64,000 bases of DNA, from the NCBI GenBank assembly GCA_040266055.1, contig JBDQFC010000006.1, positions 28,561 to 92,560 of the forward strand, written 5' to 3'. The notes under the pieces were generated by a model. It made no database searches. It was given only the letters and a program-made list of their open reading frames with translations, and was not told the DNA's origin. Position numbers and translations under genes: made by a program. Shown one piece after another: positions 9,065 through 18,980 of the stretch. Each line of letters begins with the position of its first letter. Positions within the stretch are counted from its first letter, which is position 1. Source of the DNA: Candidatus Nanopelagicales bacterium. Lineage in GTDB: Bacteria > Actinomycetota > Actinomycetes > S36-B12.

Positions 9065-11491
9065 ATGGTCGAGAACACCGACAACGTCGAAACCAAAGCA
9101 TCAACGTCGGACAAAGCAACCGATTCGTCTGCAACGAGCGGTACTGCCTCGGCTGGCGCGCCACTGTTCCAGGCGGCGACAGTCGAACCCGATGCAGCAA
9201 AGAAGCCGGCTCGCCGACGCGCAACACGCAAGGTCGCACCCCCGGAGCCGAGCGAACCCATCGGTGCGAGCCACTCAGGCGACCCTGCGGATCCGACCGC
9301 TCCCGGTGACGACTCCGCTGCTTCGGAGAAGCCGGCGAAGAAGTCAGCTAAGAAGACCGCCAAGAAGGCGGCCAAGAAGACCGCCAAGAAGACCGCCAAG
9401 AAGACCACCAAGAAAGTCACCAAGAAGGCAGCGGCCGCGAAAGACGAGTCCAACGACGAGTCCAACAATGAAGCCACCGCCACCGACGATGACAGCTCTG
9501 TCTCGTCCCAGGACGCCGGCGTCGAGCCTGCCGGTTCCGACGAAGCCTCCGACGACGCCGATTCCGGCGAGGAGTCCGGCGGCCGCAAGCGTCGTCGTCG
9601 CGGTGGCCGTGGGCGTCGTCGTAAGTCGGGTTCCGGCGATGACTTGGCCGACTCTGATGACACCGCTTCAGAGGACGAATCTTCCGATGACGGTGACCAA
9701 GAGGAGTCTGAGGACTCCGATGACGAATCCGCCGAGAGTGGATCGTCCTCGCGTCGGCGTCGGCGTCGGCGTCGGCGCTCTGATTCAGGTGCGGACAGTG
9801 AACTTTCCCCCGATGACCCGCCGAACACCGTGGTCAAGGTCCGTGAGCCGCGTAATCGCGACGCCGATAACACCCGCGGATCGACGCGACTCGAGGCCAA
9901 GAAGCAGCGTCGCCGCGAAGGTCGCGAAGCCGGCCGTCGACGGGCGCCAATCCTGAACGAAGCTGAGTTCTTGGCGCGCCGGGAATCTGTCGAGCGTGTG
10001 ATGGTCGTTCGACAGGCCGAGGACCGTATCCAGATCGCAGTACTCGAAGACGGTGTCCTGGTTGAGCACTACGTAACGAAGGGCTCATCGGCCTCGATGG
10101 TGGGCAACGTCTACCTCGGTCGTGTGCAGAACGTGCTGCCGAGCATGGAGGCGGCGTTCGTCGACATCGGTCGTGGCCGTAACGCGGTGCTGTACGCGGG
10201 CGAGGTCAACTGGGACGCGGCCGGGCTCGACGGACAGCCCAAGCGCATTGAGTTTGCCTTGAAGTCCGGGGATCCGGTTCTCGTGCAGGTGACGAAGGAT
10301 CCGGTTGGCCAAAAGGGTGCCCGACTCACCAGCCAGGTCTCGCTACCGGGTCGGTTCCTGGTGTACGTGCCCGATGGCTCGATGACCGGCATCAGCCGCA
10401 AGCTTCCTGACACCGAGCGCAGTCGCTTGAAGTCGATTCTCAAGCGCGTCATGCCCGAGGACGCCGGCGTGATCGTGCGCACCGCAGCTGAGGGTGCATC
10501 CGAGGACGCACTCGAAGCCGACGTCGAGCGCTTGCAGGCGTTATGGACGGACATCACCGATGCGACGAAGACGGCATCACCGCCGGAACTGCTCTACAGC
10601 GAGCCCGATCTGGCGATCAAGATCGTCCGCGACATGTTTAACGAAGACGTCGCCACTTTGATCGTCTCTGGCGACAGCGCATGGCGGACCGTCGATGCCT
10701 ACATTTCCGCCGTTGCACCCGACTTGCTCGAGCGACTCGAGCACTGGGTTCAGCCCGAAGACGTCTTCGCGCACTACCGCGTGGACGAGCAACTCATGAA
10801 GGCCCTGGACCGCAAGGTCTGGTTGCCATCCGGCGGATCCCTCGTGATCGACCGCACTGAGGCTATGACGGTGGTCGACGTCAACACCGGCAAGTTCACT
10901 GGATCCGGTGGCAACCTCGAGCAGACGGTTACCAAGAACAACCTCGAGGCCGCCGAGGAAATCGTGCGCCAGCTGAGACTCCGCGATATCGGCGGCATCA
11001 TCGTCGTGGACTTCATCGACATGGTCCTGGAGAGCAACCGAGATCTCGTGCTGCGTCGCCTGGTGGAGTGCCTCGGGCGCGATCGAACCAAGCATCAGGT
11101 CGCCGAAGTCACCAGCCTCGGCCTGGTGCAGATGACACGTAAGCGCATTGGCTCGGGGCTCGTGGAGTCCTTCTCGGAGACCTGTGAGGTTTGCAGCGGA
11201 CGGGGTATCAAGGTCTCGCTCGCGCACGCTCACGAGCCGGCACCGCGTTCGCGTCGCCCTGCCGGGGCCGTCGATCCTGCCGAGGTCGCCGCCCGGGCCC
11301 TGGCCGCCCGCGAAGGCGAAGGCTCTTCGGACGAGCAGGCTGAAGAGCAATCCGAGGCATCCGTCGACCCCGATCGCGACGTAGCAGTTGAACAAGACCA
11401 AGCATCGCAATTAGAAAGTGCGGTAGCCGAGGACCCAGCCGAACTGCCCGAGACACAGTCCGATCAGTCCCTGTTCGCCAGCGACGACTGA
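9065..11491 (+). CDS. rne: Ribonuclease E/G family endoribonuclease (actinobacterial RNase E with N- and C-terminal disordered arms)
   Basis: ORF 8999..11491. The ATG at 9065 is preceded by AAGGAG. S1 domain GNVYLGRVQNVLPSMEAAFVDIG, catalytic core VVDFIDM, and Zn-link CEVCSGRG. The first ~330 aa are low-complexity (KKxA repeats, acidic tracts, poly-Arg). The C-terminal ~100 aa are acidic. Confidence 0.92.
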   Translation: MVENTDNVETKASTSDKATDSSATSGTASAGAPLFQAATVEPDAAKKPARRRATRKVAPPEPSEPIGASHSGDPADPTAPGDDSAASEKPAKKSAKKTAKKAAKKTAKKTAKKTTKKVTKKAAAAKDESNDESNNEATATDDDSSVSSQDAGVEPAGSDEASDDADSGEESGGRKRRRRGGRGRRRKSGSGDDLADSDDTASEDESSDDGDQEESEDSDDESAESGSSSRRRRRRRRRSDSGADSELSPDDPPNTVVKVREPRNRDADNTRGSTRLEAKKQRRREGREAGRRRAPILNEAEFLARRESVERVMVVRQAEDRIQIAVLEDGVLVEHYVTKGSSASMVGNVYLGRVQNVLPSMEAAFVDIGRGRNAVLYAGEVNWDAAGLDGQPKRIEFALKSGDPVLVQVTKDPVGQKGARLTSQVSLPGRFLVYVPDGSMTGISRKLPDTERSRLKSILKRVMPEDAGVIVRTAAEGASEDALEADVERLQALWTDITDATKTASPPELLYSEPDLAIKIVRDMFNEDVATLIVSGDSAWRTVDAYISAVAPDLLERLEHWVQPEDVFAHYRVDEQLMKALDRKVWLPSGGSLVIDRTEAMTVVDVNTGKFTGSGGNLEQTVTKNNLEAAEEIVRQLRLRDIGGIIVVDFIDMVLESNRDLVLRRLVECLGRDRTKHQVAEVTSLGLVQMTRKRIGSGLVESFSETCEVCSGRGIKVSLAHAHEPAPRSRRPAGAVDPAEVAARALAAREGEGSSDEQAEEQSEASVDPDRDVAVEQDQASQLESAVAEDPAELPETQSDQSLFASDD
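9335..9430 (+). repeat. Eight tandem 12-nt units (GCC AAG AAG ACC-like) encoding (A/T)KK(S/T/A/V) inside rne
   Basis: Read directly: gcgaagaagtca gctaagaagacc gccaagaaggcg gccaagaagacc gccaagaagacc gccaagaagacc accaagaaagtc accaagaaggca. Also (CGTCGG)x4 at 9752-9775, encoding poly-Arg. Confidence 0.9.
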
Positions 11492-11573
11492 ACCGGAGGA
11501 AGTCATCGATCTTCGAGCCTCTGAGATCGCTGCCTGCATCCTGGACAGCTACGCCCAACGTCTCGGAACCGAG

Positions 11574-11960
11574 TTGTTGGATCGAACGGGCGATCACGAC
11601 GTCGATGCCCGACGGTTGATGGACCTTGACGCAGTGGTCCTCAGCCATGACGGTGGCTTTGATCCCCATTTCGTCTACGCGAACAGGGCGGCGGCGTCGC
11701 TTTGGCGGATGCCTATCGACGAACTCGTCGGGATGCCCTCGCGACTCTCGGCACCACCGGAATGGCAGCGCGAGCGCGCTCAAGTCTTGTCCCAGGCGGC
11801 ATACGAGGGGGTCCTTCGAGGCTACGAGGGTGAACGCGTGGCCAAGGACGGAACCCGCTTCGTGATTCGAGGTGCCACGCTGTGGACCGTGGACGGTTAC
11901 CCAGGGGGGCCGGGGCAAGCAGTGATCTTCGACGATTGGGAGCACTCGCTGGAGGTCTGA
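11574..11960 (+). CDS. MEKHLA-like (PAS-related) domain protein
   Basis: 128 aa from a TTG. VLSHDGGFDPHFVYANRAAASLWRMPIDELVGMPSRLSAPP...RFVIRGATLWTV resembles the stand-alone bacterial MEKHLA domain as I remember it. The open frame continues upstream to ~11493 (ILDSYAQRLGTELL) with no ATG/GTG/TTG, so the true start is uncertain. Confidence 0.55.
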   Translation: MLDRTGDHDVDARRLMDLDAVVLSHDGGFDPHFVYANRAAASLWRMPIDELVGMPSRLSAPPEWQRERAQVLSQAAYEGVLRGYEGERVAKDGTRFVIRGATLWTVDGYPGGPGQAVIFDDWEHSLEV

Positions 11961-12170
11961 AACGCCGGGAGACGAGCTGGCCGCTGGGTGGATGGCCTGC
12001 ACGGCGATCCCGAGGGCCGATTAGGGGTAGGTCGGTGCCGGTCCAGCGGATGCCGTACTCTTACTCCTTGCGCCTGAAGGGCGGCCGGAGAACTGCCCGG
12101 ACGCGGTACACCTCAGGTCACAGACTTACTCGCAGGAATCAATAGCAGGACCTAAGACAGGAGCACGCAC

Positions 12171-12485
12171 GTGTACGCGATCGTTCGGGCCGGTGGCCGC
12201 CAAGAAAAGGTCGAGGTGGGCGACGTCCTCGTCGTGGATCGGGTAGCCGGTGAGCCGGGTGCTGCTGTCGAGCTGCCGGCTCTGCTCGTCGTAGACGGAA
12301 CTGCAGTGACCTCCGACAAGGCCGCTCTTGGCAAGGTGAAGGTGACCGCCGAGATAGTCGACCACCATCGTGGGCCCAAGATCGACATCCTGAAGTACAA
12401 GAACAAGACCGGCTACCGCCGTCGCCAGGGGCACCGCTCCGAGCTGACCGCGATCAAGGTCACAGACATCGCAACCGGCAAGTAG
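12171..12485 (+). CDS. rplU: 50S ribosomal protein L21
   Basis: 104 aa, [23 protein letters not shown] start. rpmA follows. Confidence 0.95.
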   Translation: MYAIVRAGGRQEKVEVGDVLVVDRVAGEPGAAVELPALLVVDGTAVTSDKAALGKVKVTAEIVDHHRGPKIDILKYKNKTGYRRRQGHRSELTAIKVTDIATGK

Positions 12486-12510
12486 CTACGGGTAGAAGAG
12501 GGAACCGGCC

Positions 12511-12762
12511 ATGGCACATAAGAAGGGTGCATCCAGCACCAGGAACGGACGCGACTCCAATGCTCAGCGTCTTGGCGTCAAGCGCTTTGGTGGCCAGAGC
12601 GTCGGAGCCGGTGAGATCATCGTCCGTCAGCGTGGCACGCACTTCCACCCAGGCCTCAACGTCGGGCGCGGCAAGGACGACACCTTGTTCGCCCTCTCCG
12701 CCGGAAAGGTGGAGTTTGGTTCACATCGCGGTCGTCGCGTTGTGAACATCCTCGCTGACTAA
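12511..12762 (+). CDS. rpmA: 50S ribosomal protein L27
   Basis: 83 aa, [29 protein letters not shown]. Confidence 0.97.
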   Translation: MAHKKGASSTRNGRDSNAQRLGVKRFGGQSVGAGEIIVRQRGTHFHPGLNVGRGKDDTLFALSAGKVEFGSHRGRRVVNILAD

Positions 12763-12764
12763 CG

Positions 12765-12801
12765 CACCGGGAGTTCACCCCGGTTCTCTACACCGGGAGT
12801 T
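12765..12801 (+). promoter_or_regulatory. rpmA-obg intergenic element: 11-nt direct repeat CACCGGGAGTT x2 flanking a complementary CCCGGT
   Basis: Repeat copies at 12765-12775 and 12791-12801. The central CCCGGT (12779-84) can pair with ACCGGG in either copy. The second copy carries the obg SD (GGGAG, 8 nt before the ATG at 12808). Confidence 0.4.
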
Positions 12802-12807
12802 ACCGCT

Positions 12808-14187
12808 ATGAGCACATTCGTGGATCGTGCGGTGGTCCACGCGCAGGCGGGAAGTGGCGGCAACGGCTGCGCATCTGTGCACCGCGAGAAATTCAAGCCT
12901 CTGGGTGGCCCCGACGGCGGCAACGGTGGTCGCGGTGGAGATGTCATCGCAGTTGTCGATCCCTCTGTCACGACTTTGCTGGACCTTCACCGTCATCCCC
13001 ACCGCAAGGCCGCCAACGGCAAGGCGGGCCAAGGGTCGAACCGCAACGGCGCAGACGCGGACGATGTGATCGTGGCGGTGCCTCAGGGCACGGTTGTGTC
13101 CGACGCGAGCGGTAATCAGGTGATCGACCTCATGACTCCGGGCGAGACGTACGTGCTCGCCCAAGGAGGTCGTGGCGGTCTGGGCAACGCGGCCCTCGCC
13201 TCGCCACGACGGAAGGCGCCGGGCTTTGCCCTTCTCGGGGAGCCGGGTCAGATACGCGACATCGTGCTCGAACTCAAGACCGTCGCTGACGTAGCCCTTG
13301 TGGGTTACCCCAGTGCCGGTAAGTCGAGCCTGATCGCGGCTATCTCCGCCGCTCGACCGAAGATCGCCGACTATCCGTTCACCACACTCGTGCCGAACCT
13401 CGGTGTGGTCAGTGCCGACGACATCGTGTTCACGGTCGCCGACGTTCCCGGGCTGATCCCCGGCGCTAGCGAGGGCAAGGGTTTGGGTCTTGAGTTCCTC
13501 CGTCACGTTGAACGCTGCAGTGTCCTAGTGCACGTGATCGATTGCCTGACACTTGAGCCAGGCCGTGATCCTTTGGCGGATCTAGACGTCATCGAGTCTG
13601 AACTCGAGGCCTACGGAGGGCTGCTGGATCGCCCGGTCCTCGTGGCGCTCAACAAGATCGATGTCCCCGATGGTCGCGAGATGGCGGACATGGTGCGCCC
13701 GATGCTCCAGGAGCGGGGCTATCGCGTCTTCGAGGTCTCCGCAGTCAGTCATGAAGGGCTGCGTCCTTTGATATTCGCGATGGGCCAATTGGTTTTGCAG
13801 GCGCGGGCGTCGCAGGTTCACGACGAGCCGACCCGGGTGATCATCAGGCCCAAGCCTGTCGATGATGCCGGATTCTCGGTAAGCGCCGAGCCGGATGGAT
13901 TTCGGGTCCGGGGGTCTCGACCCGAGCGATGGGTTCGACAAACCGACTTCAGCAACGACGAAGCCGTCGGGTATCTGGCTGATCGGCTCGCGCGCTTGGG
14001 TGTGGAAGAGGAACTCCAGCGCCAGGGTGCGCAGCCTGGTTCGACAGTGATGATCGGTGAAGATGAAGAGGCCGTCGTGTTCGACTGGTATCCGACCCTC
14101 GGCGGGGAGCTGCCTTTGTCCGGTCCGCGCGGTAGTGACGACCGGATCTATGCAGCTGATGCTTCATATGGTGATGATGATGAGTGA
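12808..14187 (+). CDS. obgE: GTPase ObgE/CgtA
   Basis: 459 aa. Obg fold [27 protein letters not shown]1 motif [10 protein letters not shown], and a C-terminal OCT-type domain. Confidence 0.95.
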   Translation: MSTFVDRAVVHAQAGSGGNGCASVHREKFKPLGGPDGGNGGRGGDVIAVVDPSVTTLLDLHRHPHRKAANGKAGQGSNRNGADADDVIVAVPQGTVVSDASGNQVIDLMTPGETYVLAQGGRGGLGNAALASPRRKAPGFALLGEPGQIRDIVLELKTVADVALVGYPSAGKSSLIAAISAARPKIADYPFTTLVPNLGVVSADDIVFTVADVPGLIPGASEGKGLGLEFLRHVERCSVLVHVIDCLTLEPGRDPLADLDVIESELEAYGGLLDRPVLVALNKIDVPDGREMADMVRPMLQERGYRVFEVSAVSHEGLRPLIFAMGQLVLQARASQVHDEPTRVIIRPKPVDDAGFSVSAEPDGFRVRGSRPERWVRQTDFSNDEAVGYLADRLARLGVEEELQRQGAQPGSTVMIGEDEEAVVFDWYPTLGGELPLSGPRGSDDRIYAADASYGDDDE

Positions 14188-15304
14188 CGTGAGGGCTGCG
14201 ATCTACGAAGCCGATCGAATCGTGGTGAAGGTCGGTTCGTCGTCACTGACTTCGGTCGACGGAGGAATCGACGAGCAGCGGATTTCCGCGATTGTTGCTG
14301 CGCTGGCTGCGCGCCGTGCTCGCGGAACACAAGTGGTGTTGGTCAGCAGTGGGGCTATCGCCACTGGATTTCCCAGTCTTGGATTACGACGACGTCCGCA
14401 GGACCTTGCCACCCAGCAGGCATCAGCAAGTGTTGGGCAGGGTCTTCTCCTTGCGCACTACACGCAATCCTTCGCTCAGCATGGCCTCACCGTGGGTCAA
14501 GTGCTTTTGACGTCAGACGACGTCACACGGCGAAACCACTATCGAAATGCGCAGCGCACGCTGTTTCGACTCCTTGAGCTCGGTGTCGTGCCGATCGTGA
14601 ACGAGAACGACACCGTGGCGACTGATGAGATTCGCGTCGGTGACAACGATCGCCTAGCGGCACTCGTGGCGCACGTCGTGCAAGCGCGTGCATTAATCCT
14701 GCTCTCGGATGTCGATGGCCTTTACGATGCACCGCCAAAAAGACCAGGGGCTCAGTTGATTCCCGAGGTACGCAACGCCCTCGACATTGCTGAGGCTCGC
14801 ATCGGTGGTGTGGGATCAGCGGGCGTCGGACTCGGAGGCATGGCAACCAAGGTCCAAGCGGCAACGATCGCGACGAGCGCGGGCATTCCCACCCTGGTGA
14901 CGTCGACCGAGCACGTGGAAAGCGCATTGGGTTCGGGCAACGTGGGCACTGTCTTCCATCCCACGGGTCAGCGGAGCACCACTCGATTGCTGTGGCTTGC
15001 GCACGCGACTACTCCGAACGGAACCTTGATGCTCGACGACGGAGCAGTAGAAGCCGTTACCGTCCGTCGAGCGTCGTTGTTACCCGCGGGCATCACTGCG
15101 GTGGATGGTGCATTTGTTGCTGGAGATCCAGTGGACTTAATTGATCAAAACGGTCGCGTAATCGCCCGAGGTTTGGTGAACTTTGATGCACGAGAGTTAC
15201 CAGACCTTCTGGGGCGCTCTACTCGGGAACTAGCACGTGAACGCGGACCGGAATATGAACGAGAGGTCGTCCATCGTGACGACATGGTGATCTGGTCGTC
15301 CTAG
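14180..15304 (+). CDS. proB: Glutamate 5-kinase
   Basis: ORF 14057..15304. [24 protein letters not shown] begins at the ATG at 14180, overlapping the obg stop (14185-87) by 8 nt. C-terminal PUA-like domain. In-frame ATG/GTG codons at 14168-14177 are alternative starts. Confidence 0.9.
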   Translation: MSDVRAAIYEADRIVVKVGSSSLTSVDGGIDEQRISAIVAALAARRARGTQVVLVSSGAIATGFPSLGLRRRPQDLATQQASASVGQGLLLAHYTQSFAQHGLTVGQVLLTSDDVTRRNHYRNAQRTLFRLLELGVVPIVNENDTVATDEIRVGDNDRLAALVAHVVQARALILLSDVDGLYDAPPKRPGAQLIPEVRNALDIAEARIGGVGSAGVGLGGMATKVQAATIATSAGIPTLVTSTEHVESALGSGNVGTVFHPTGQRSTTRLLWLAHATTPNGTLMLDDGAVEAVTVRRASLLPAGITAVDGAFVAGDPVDLIDQNGRVIARGLVNFDARELPDLLGRSTRELARERGPEYEREVVHRDDMVIWSS

Positions 15305-15321
15305 CGTGCGGAAGGAGGCTC

Positions 15322-15693
15322 ATGGTCCTCCGCAGTGTGCCGCCGTCCACCGATGTCGGTTCTCATCGAATGTGGCATGTGACATTGACCGTTGCCGGTG
15401 AGACCAAGCCCTTAGATCAGGTCCGTGAGGCGCTCGAGCGCCTTAGTCACGCTCATCCCTTCCTGCTTGAGGCTCGTTACGGAAACGACCGTGCCGAATT
15501 GCGCTACTGGGAGGAGGCCGAGGGGATGGAGGCCGCTGCTTCGGTAGCCAGTGCGATGTGGGCTGTGAACGAGCGGTCTTCCAGGCTTCCGGGTTGGGAC
15601 GTGGTCGGGCTTCAAGTCCTCGACCGCGAGACATATTTGAAGCAAGCGCCGCTTCGTTCCTTGCCACCTGAGGGTCGGATCGCTCCGTTCTGA
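15322..15693 (+). CDS. Hypothetical protein between proB and proA
   Basis: 123 aa. A strong SD (GAAGGAGG at 15311-18) precedes the ATG at 15322. I recognise no motif. I recall a similarly placed unknown gene between proB and proA in Streptomyces. Confidence 0.5.
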   Translation: MVLRSVPPSTDVGSHRMWHVTLTVAGETKPLDQVREALERLSHAHPFLLEARYGNDRAELRYWEEAEGMEAAASVASAMWAVNERSSRLPGWDVVGLQVLDRETYLKQAPLRSLPPEGRIAPF

Positions 15694-15712
15694 TCTCGCG
15701 TACCCTTCACCC

Positions 15713-16984
15713 ATGGTGGACGACCGCGAACTCGTGCATGACACGGCCCGTCGCGCCCGCTCGGCGGCGCAAGAACTTCGGATCCTTACTCGTGACGAAA
15801 AGGATGCTGCGTTGGTGGCCATGGCCGATGCGCTGGAGGCGAATTCACCGACCATCGTGGCGGAGAACGAGCATGACCTCATACGGGCGCGTGAAAACGG
15901 TACCTCCGATGCGCTCATAGATCGACTGACTCTGACTCCCGACCGCATCTCGGCGATCGCCCAGGCGCTGCGTGATGTCGCCGCCCTGCCCGATCCCGTC
16001 GGGGAGGTAATTCGCGGGTACACGCTTCCCAACGGACTTCAAGTCCGACAGATTCGCGTCCCGATCGGCGTCGTGGGAATGATCTACGAGGCGCGACCAA
16101 ACGTCACCGTGGATGCTGCCGGACTGTGTCTGAAGAGTGGCAATGCTGCGCTTCTTCGAGGGTCATCTTCGGCGATGAACAGCAATCAAGCGCTGGCCGC
16201 GGCAATGCGCTCAGCGCTCACTGCCCAAGGGCTAAATCCTGACGCCATCCAACTCGTGCCAGGTGACTCCCACGAATCGGTCAAGCACCTGATGACCGCT
16301 CGAGGGCTTGTCGATGTTCTGATTCCACGCGGCGGTGAGTCGCTCATCCGCAGTGTTGTCGAAAATTCCACCGTTCCTGTGATCGAGACAGGGGTGGGCA
16401 ACTGCCACGTCTATGTCGATGCCGCAGCCGATATCGACAAGGCGGTTGCCCTTGTCGTCAACAGCAAGGCACAACGCGTAAGTGTGTGTAATGCGGCCGA
16501 GACTCTGCTGGTTCATCGCGATGTGGCCGACGAGTTCTTGCCACGGGCGCTTGAAGCCTTGGCTGAGGCAGGGGTGACCCTGCACGCGGAGGCGCGATTC
16601 GCTGAGGCAGCCAGCGGTGGCCCATGTTCGGTCGTGGAGGCGACCGACGAGGACTGGGCAGCGGAGTATTACTCACTGGACCTCGCTGCGGCTATCGTCG
16701 ATGACATCGATGAGGCAATCAATCACATACGTCGTTGGTCGTCAGGACACACCGAAGCGATTATTAGCGACAGCCAACCGGCTATCGCCCACTTCACCGC
16801 CCGAATCGACTCCGCAGCCATCATGGTGAACGCCTCGACGCGCTTCACCGATGGCGGCGAGTTCGGATTCGGGGCGGAGATCGGAATCTCCACTCAGAAA
16901 CTGCATGCTCGGGGTCCGATGGGCCTGCCGGAATTGACGTCCACGACTTTCATCGTGACAGGTGATGGCCACACCCGTGGCTAG
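15713..16984 (+). CDS. proA: Gamma-glutamyl phosphate reductase
   Basis: 423 aa. Aldehyde-dehydrogenase fold with [11 protein letters not shown] (catalytic Cys) and the typical ProA N-terminus ([23 protein letters not shown]). Confidence 0.95.
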   Translation: MVDDRELVHDTARRARSAAQELRILTRDEKDAALVAMADALEANSPTIVAENEHDLIRARENGTSDALIDRLTLTPDRISAIAQALRDVAALPDPVGEVIRGYTLPNGLQVRQIRVPIGVVGMIYEARPNVTVDAAGLCLKSGNAALLRGSSSAMNSNQALAAAMRSALTAQGLNPDAIQLVPGDSHESVKHLMTARGLVDVLIPRGGESLIRSVVENSTVPVIETGVGNCHVYVDAAADIDKAVALVVNSKAQRVSVCNAAETLLVHRDVADEFLPRALEALAEAGVTLHAEARFAEAASGGPCSVVEATDEDWAAEYYSLDLAAAIVDDIDEAINHIRRWSSGHTEAIISDSQPAIAHFTARIDSAAIMVNASTRFTDGGEFGFGAEIGISTQKLHARGPMGLPELTSTTFIVTGDGHTRG

Positions 16985-17006
16985 AAGGTCTGGGTAGGGT
17001 AAAGCC

Positions 17007-17147
17007 ATGATCACTGAGAATTTCGTCTTGATGGCCAGTGAAGCTGCTGGTGAGGCAAGCACGCCAGCGTGGGTTTTCGGCCTATTCGGCTTCGGAGTTC
17101 TGGTCGGCCTTCTCATTCTCACAATGATGATCAAGGTCGATCGTTGA
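17007..17147 (+). CDS. Possible 46-aa single-TM small protein
   Basis: Not in the track (<60 aa). ATG at 17007, [49 protein letters not shown] at 17145-47. Fills the proA-nadD gap. The SD is weak. Confidence 0.3.
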   Translation: MITENFVLMASEAAGEASTPAWVFGLFGFGVLVGLLILTMMIKVDR

Positions 17148-17181
17148 CGGAAGCAAGAAGCTGAGCCGTTTCCGAATAGGT

Positions 17182-17772
17182 GTGATGGGTGGCACCTTCG
17201 ATCCCATTCATCACGGCCACTTGGTTGCCGCGTCCGAGGTTGCCCACCGTTTCGATCTGCAGCGGGTGATCTTTACGCCGACCGGCGTGCCCTGGCACAA
17301 GTCAAAGCCGACAACACCAGGGGAAGATCGGTATCTCATGACCGTAATCGCAACCGCAGCTGATACTCGTTTTGAGGTCTCCCGTGTGGACATAGATCGT
17401 GAAGGCCCGACCTACACGGTGGACACCCTGCGTGATCTGCAGCGCGGTTTTGCCGCCGCACACCCCGACGACTCTGCGGAATGGTTCTTCATCACTGGCG
17501 CCGATGCGCTCGCGGACATCGTTAGCTGGCGTGATCCCGATGGGATCATCGATCAGGCTCACCTCGTTGGGGTAACGCGGCCAGGACACCATCTCGCGGA
17601 TCCTGGACTTCCGGAAGGCGTGGTGACCTTGATCGAGATTCCAGCGCTCGCGATCTCCAGTAGCGATATCCGTGAACGCGTGGCAGATGGTAAGCCGATT
17701 GATTATCTCGTCCCTGAAGGTGTGTCGCGATGGATTCGCAAGCACCGCCTCTACACGGAGTCGCCCTCATGA
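17182..17772 (+). CDS. nadD: Nicotinate-nucleotide adenylyltransferase
   Basis: [12 protein letters not shown] motif at the N-terminus. GTG at 17182. The upstream in-frame LSRFRIG has only a CTG, so the start is slightly uncertain. Confidence 0.9.
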   Translation: MMGGTFDPIHHGHLVAASEVAHRFDLQRVIFTPTGVPWHKSKPTTPGEDRYLMTVIATAADTRFEVSRVDIDREGPTYTVDTLRDLQRGFAAAHPDDSAEWFFITGADALADIVSWRDPDGIIDQAHLVGVTRPGHHLADPGLPEGVVTLIEIPALAISSSDIRERVADGKPIDYLVPEGVSRWIRKHRLYTESPS

Positions 17773-18158
17773 CCGCTGCCCCCGATGCCGTCAAGGTCGC
17801 AATTGCCGCGGCGCAAGCAGCGTCGGACAAACTTGCCACCGACATCGTCGCGATTGACGTTAGTGAACAACTTGTCATTACCGATGTCTTCGTCATCTGC
17901 TCCGCGGCCAATGAGCGTCAGGTGAAGTCAATCGTTGATGCAATAGAGAGGTCCCTTCATGGAATGGGCGTCAAGCCCATCCGTCGCGAGGGTCTGAAAG
18001 GTGCGCACTGGGTCCTATTGGACTTTGGAGATGTGGTTGTCCACGTGCAGCAAGCAGAAGATCGTGTCCACTACGCAATCGAGCGCTTGTGGAAAGACTG
18101 TCCGTTGATTGAGCTGCCTGCCTCGGTCACCTCCGGTCAGTCGCCTGCCTCGGAGTGA
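17769..18158 (+). CDS. rsfS: Ribosome silencing factor RsfS
   Basis: ORF 17730..18158. The ATG at 17769 forms an ATGA overlap with the nadD stop. [36 protein letters not shown] is typical RsfS/IojAP. Confidence 0.9.
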   Translation: MTAAPDAVKVAIAAAQAASDKLATDIVAIDVSEQLVITDVFVICSAANERQVKSIVDAIERSLHGMGVKPIRREGLKGAHWVLLDFGDVVVHVQQAEDRVHYAIERLWKDCPLIELPASVTSGQSPASE

Positions 18159-18811
18159 CAATGGGTGAACAACGCATCGTCCTATGGCGCCACGGACGCA
18201 CGGCCTGGAATGCCCAGCGCCGATTCCAGGGGCAGTCCGATATCGAACTCGATGACGAGGGTCGAGGCCAGGCTCAGCGGGCCGCAGGTTTGCTTGTCCA
18301 CCTGAAGCCCGATCGGATCATTTCCTCCGACCTTTCTCGTGCCTTCGACACGGCTCGAGAGCTCGGTGCGCTCACCGGGATTGAGGTAAGGGCTGATGCG
18401 CGGCTTCGCGAGACGTTCGCGGGGGAGTGGGAGGGTCTGAGGCGGCCGGAACTGCTGGAGCGGTACGGAGAGAAACTGGCGCGTTGGGCCTCGGATTCCG
18501 ACGCTCGCCCCGGTGGTGACGGTGAAACTCGGATTGAGGTCGCTGACCGAATGGTCGCGGCGATCAACGAGGAGTTGGTCCACCTTCCCCAAGACGGGAC
18601 ACTCGTCGTCGCTACCCACGGCGGATCCGCACGAGCCGCGATCGGTGCCCTGCTTGAACTACCGCCTGCCCAGTGGGCCTGCCTGGGCGTGCTGAGCAAC
18701 TGCGCGTGGTCGATCCTCACGCAGAACACCACGGGGTTTGGCCCAGCGTGGCGGCTTCAGGAGTACAACGCCGGTTCGCTTCCCACGCCAGCGCTTGCCG
18801 ACGACCGCTAA
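18155..18811 (+). CDS. Histidine phosphatase family protein (GpgP/cofactor-independent PGM-like)
   Basis: 218 aa. GTGA overlap with rsfS. RHG motif (IVLWRHGRTAWN) and a distal ATHGG. Same nadD-rsfS-phosphatase order as I recall around mycobacterial gpgP. Confidence 0.8.
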   Translation: MTMGEQRIVLWRHGRTAWNAQRRFQGQSDIELDDEGRGQAQRAAGLLVHLKPDRIISSDLSRAFDTARELGALTGIEVRADARLRETFAGEWEGLRRPELLERYGEKLARWASDSDARPGGDGETRIEVADRMVAAINEELVHLPQDGTLVVATHGGSARAAIGALLELPPAQWACLGVLSNCAWSILTQNTTGFGPAWRLQEYNAGSLPTPALADDR

Positions 18812-18884
18812 TTCACTCCGTTTCCCCCACGGTCCCCCTCGGGTGTGGTCGTCGCCCCACGGTATGCTTCGACTTCGCATTCGC

Positions 18885-18957
18885 GGGGCTGTAGCGCAGC
18901 TGGTAGCGCACCTCCATGGCATGGAGGGGGTCAGGGGTTCGAGTCCCCTCAGCTCCA
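18885..18957 (+). tRNA. tRNA-Ala (anticodon GGC)
   Basis: Manual cloverleaf, 73 nt: acceptor GGGGCTG/CAGCTCC with the G3:U70 Ala identity pair; D arm GCGC-AGCTGGTA-GCGC; anticodon arm CCTCC-ATGGCAT-GGAGG; T arm AGGGG-TTCGAGT-CCCCT; discriminator A. CCA is not encoded. Confidence 0.9.
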
Positions 18958-18980
18958 CATCTTTCCCATAGGGGGCGCGC

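Noticed and set aside
8800-9900. 366-aa minus-strand ORF rich in Ser/Glu/Arg/Leu opposite the rne 5' region
   Set aside because: It mirrors the low-complexity, repeat-built N-terminal arm of RNase E on the plus strand. It has no start context or motif. This is a typical antisense open frame in high-GC repetitive coding DNA.
11961-12170. A 210-nt spacer upstream of rplU as a possible ribosomal-protein leader RNA
   Set aside because: I found only one convincing long-range pairing (CCGCTGG 11981-87 with CCAGCGG 12043-49), and I know of no actinobacterial L21 leader motif. This is not enough to call without covariation analysis.
14057-14179. Upstream extension of the proB ORF (start at 14057), and similar long N-terminal extensions of the ORFs at 17730, 33501, 34182, 40211, 41283, 47503-48009, 50992, 57363 and 58762
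   Set aside because: The extensions overlap the 3' ends of well-supported upstream genes and lack family-typical sequence. Internal starts give canonical N-termini and the ATGA/GTGA coupling pattern seen throughout the window.
18812-18884. Promoter for tRNA-Ala (TATGCT at 18863-68, 16 nt before the mature 5' end)
   Set aside because: The -10-like hexamer fits TANNNT, but I found no credible -35 at the proper spacing. I left it unannotated.
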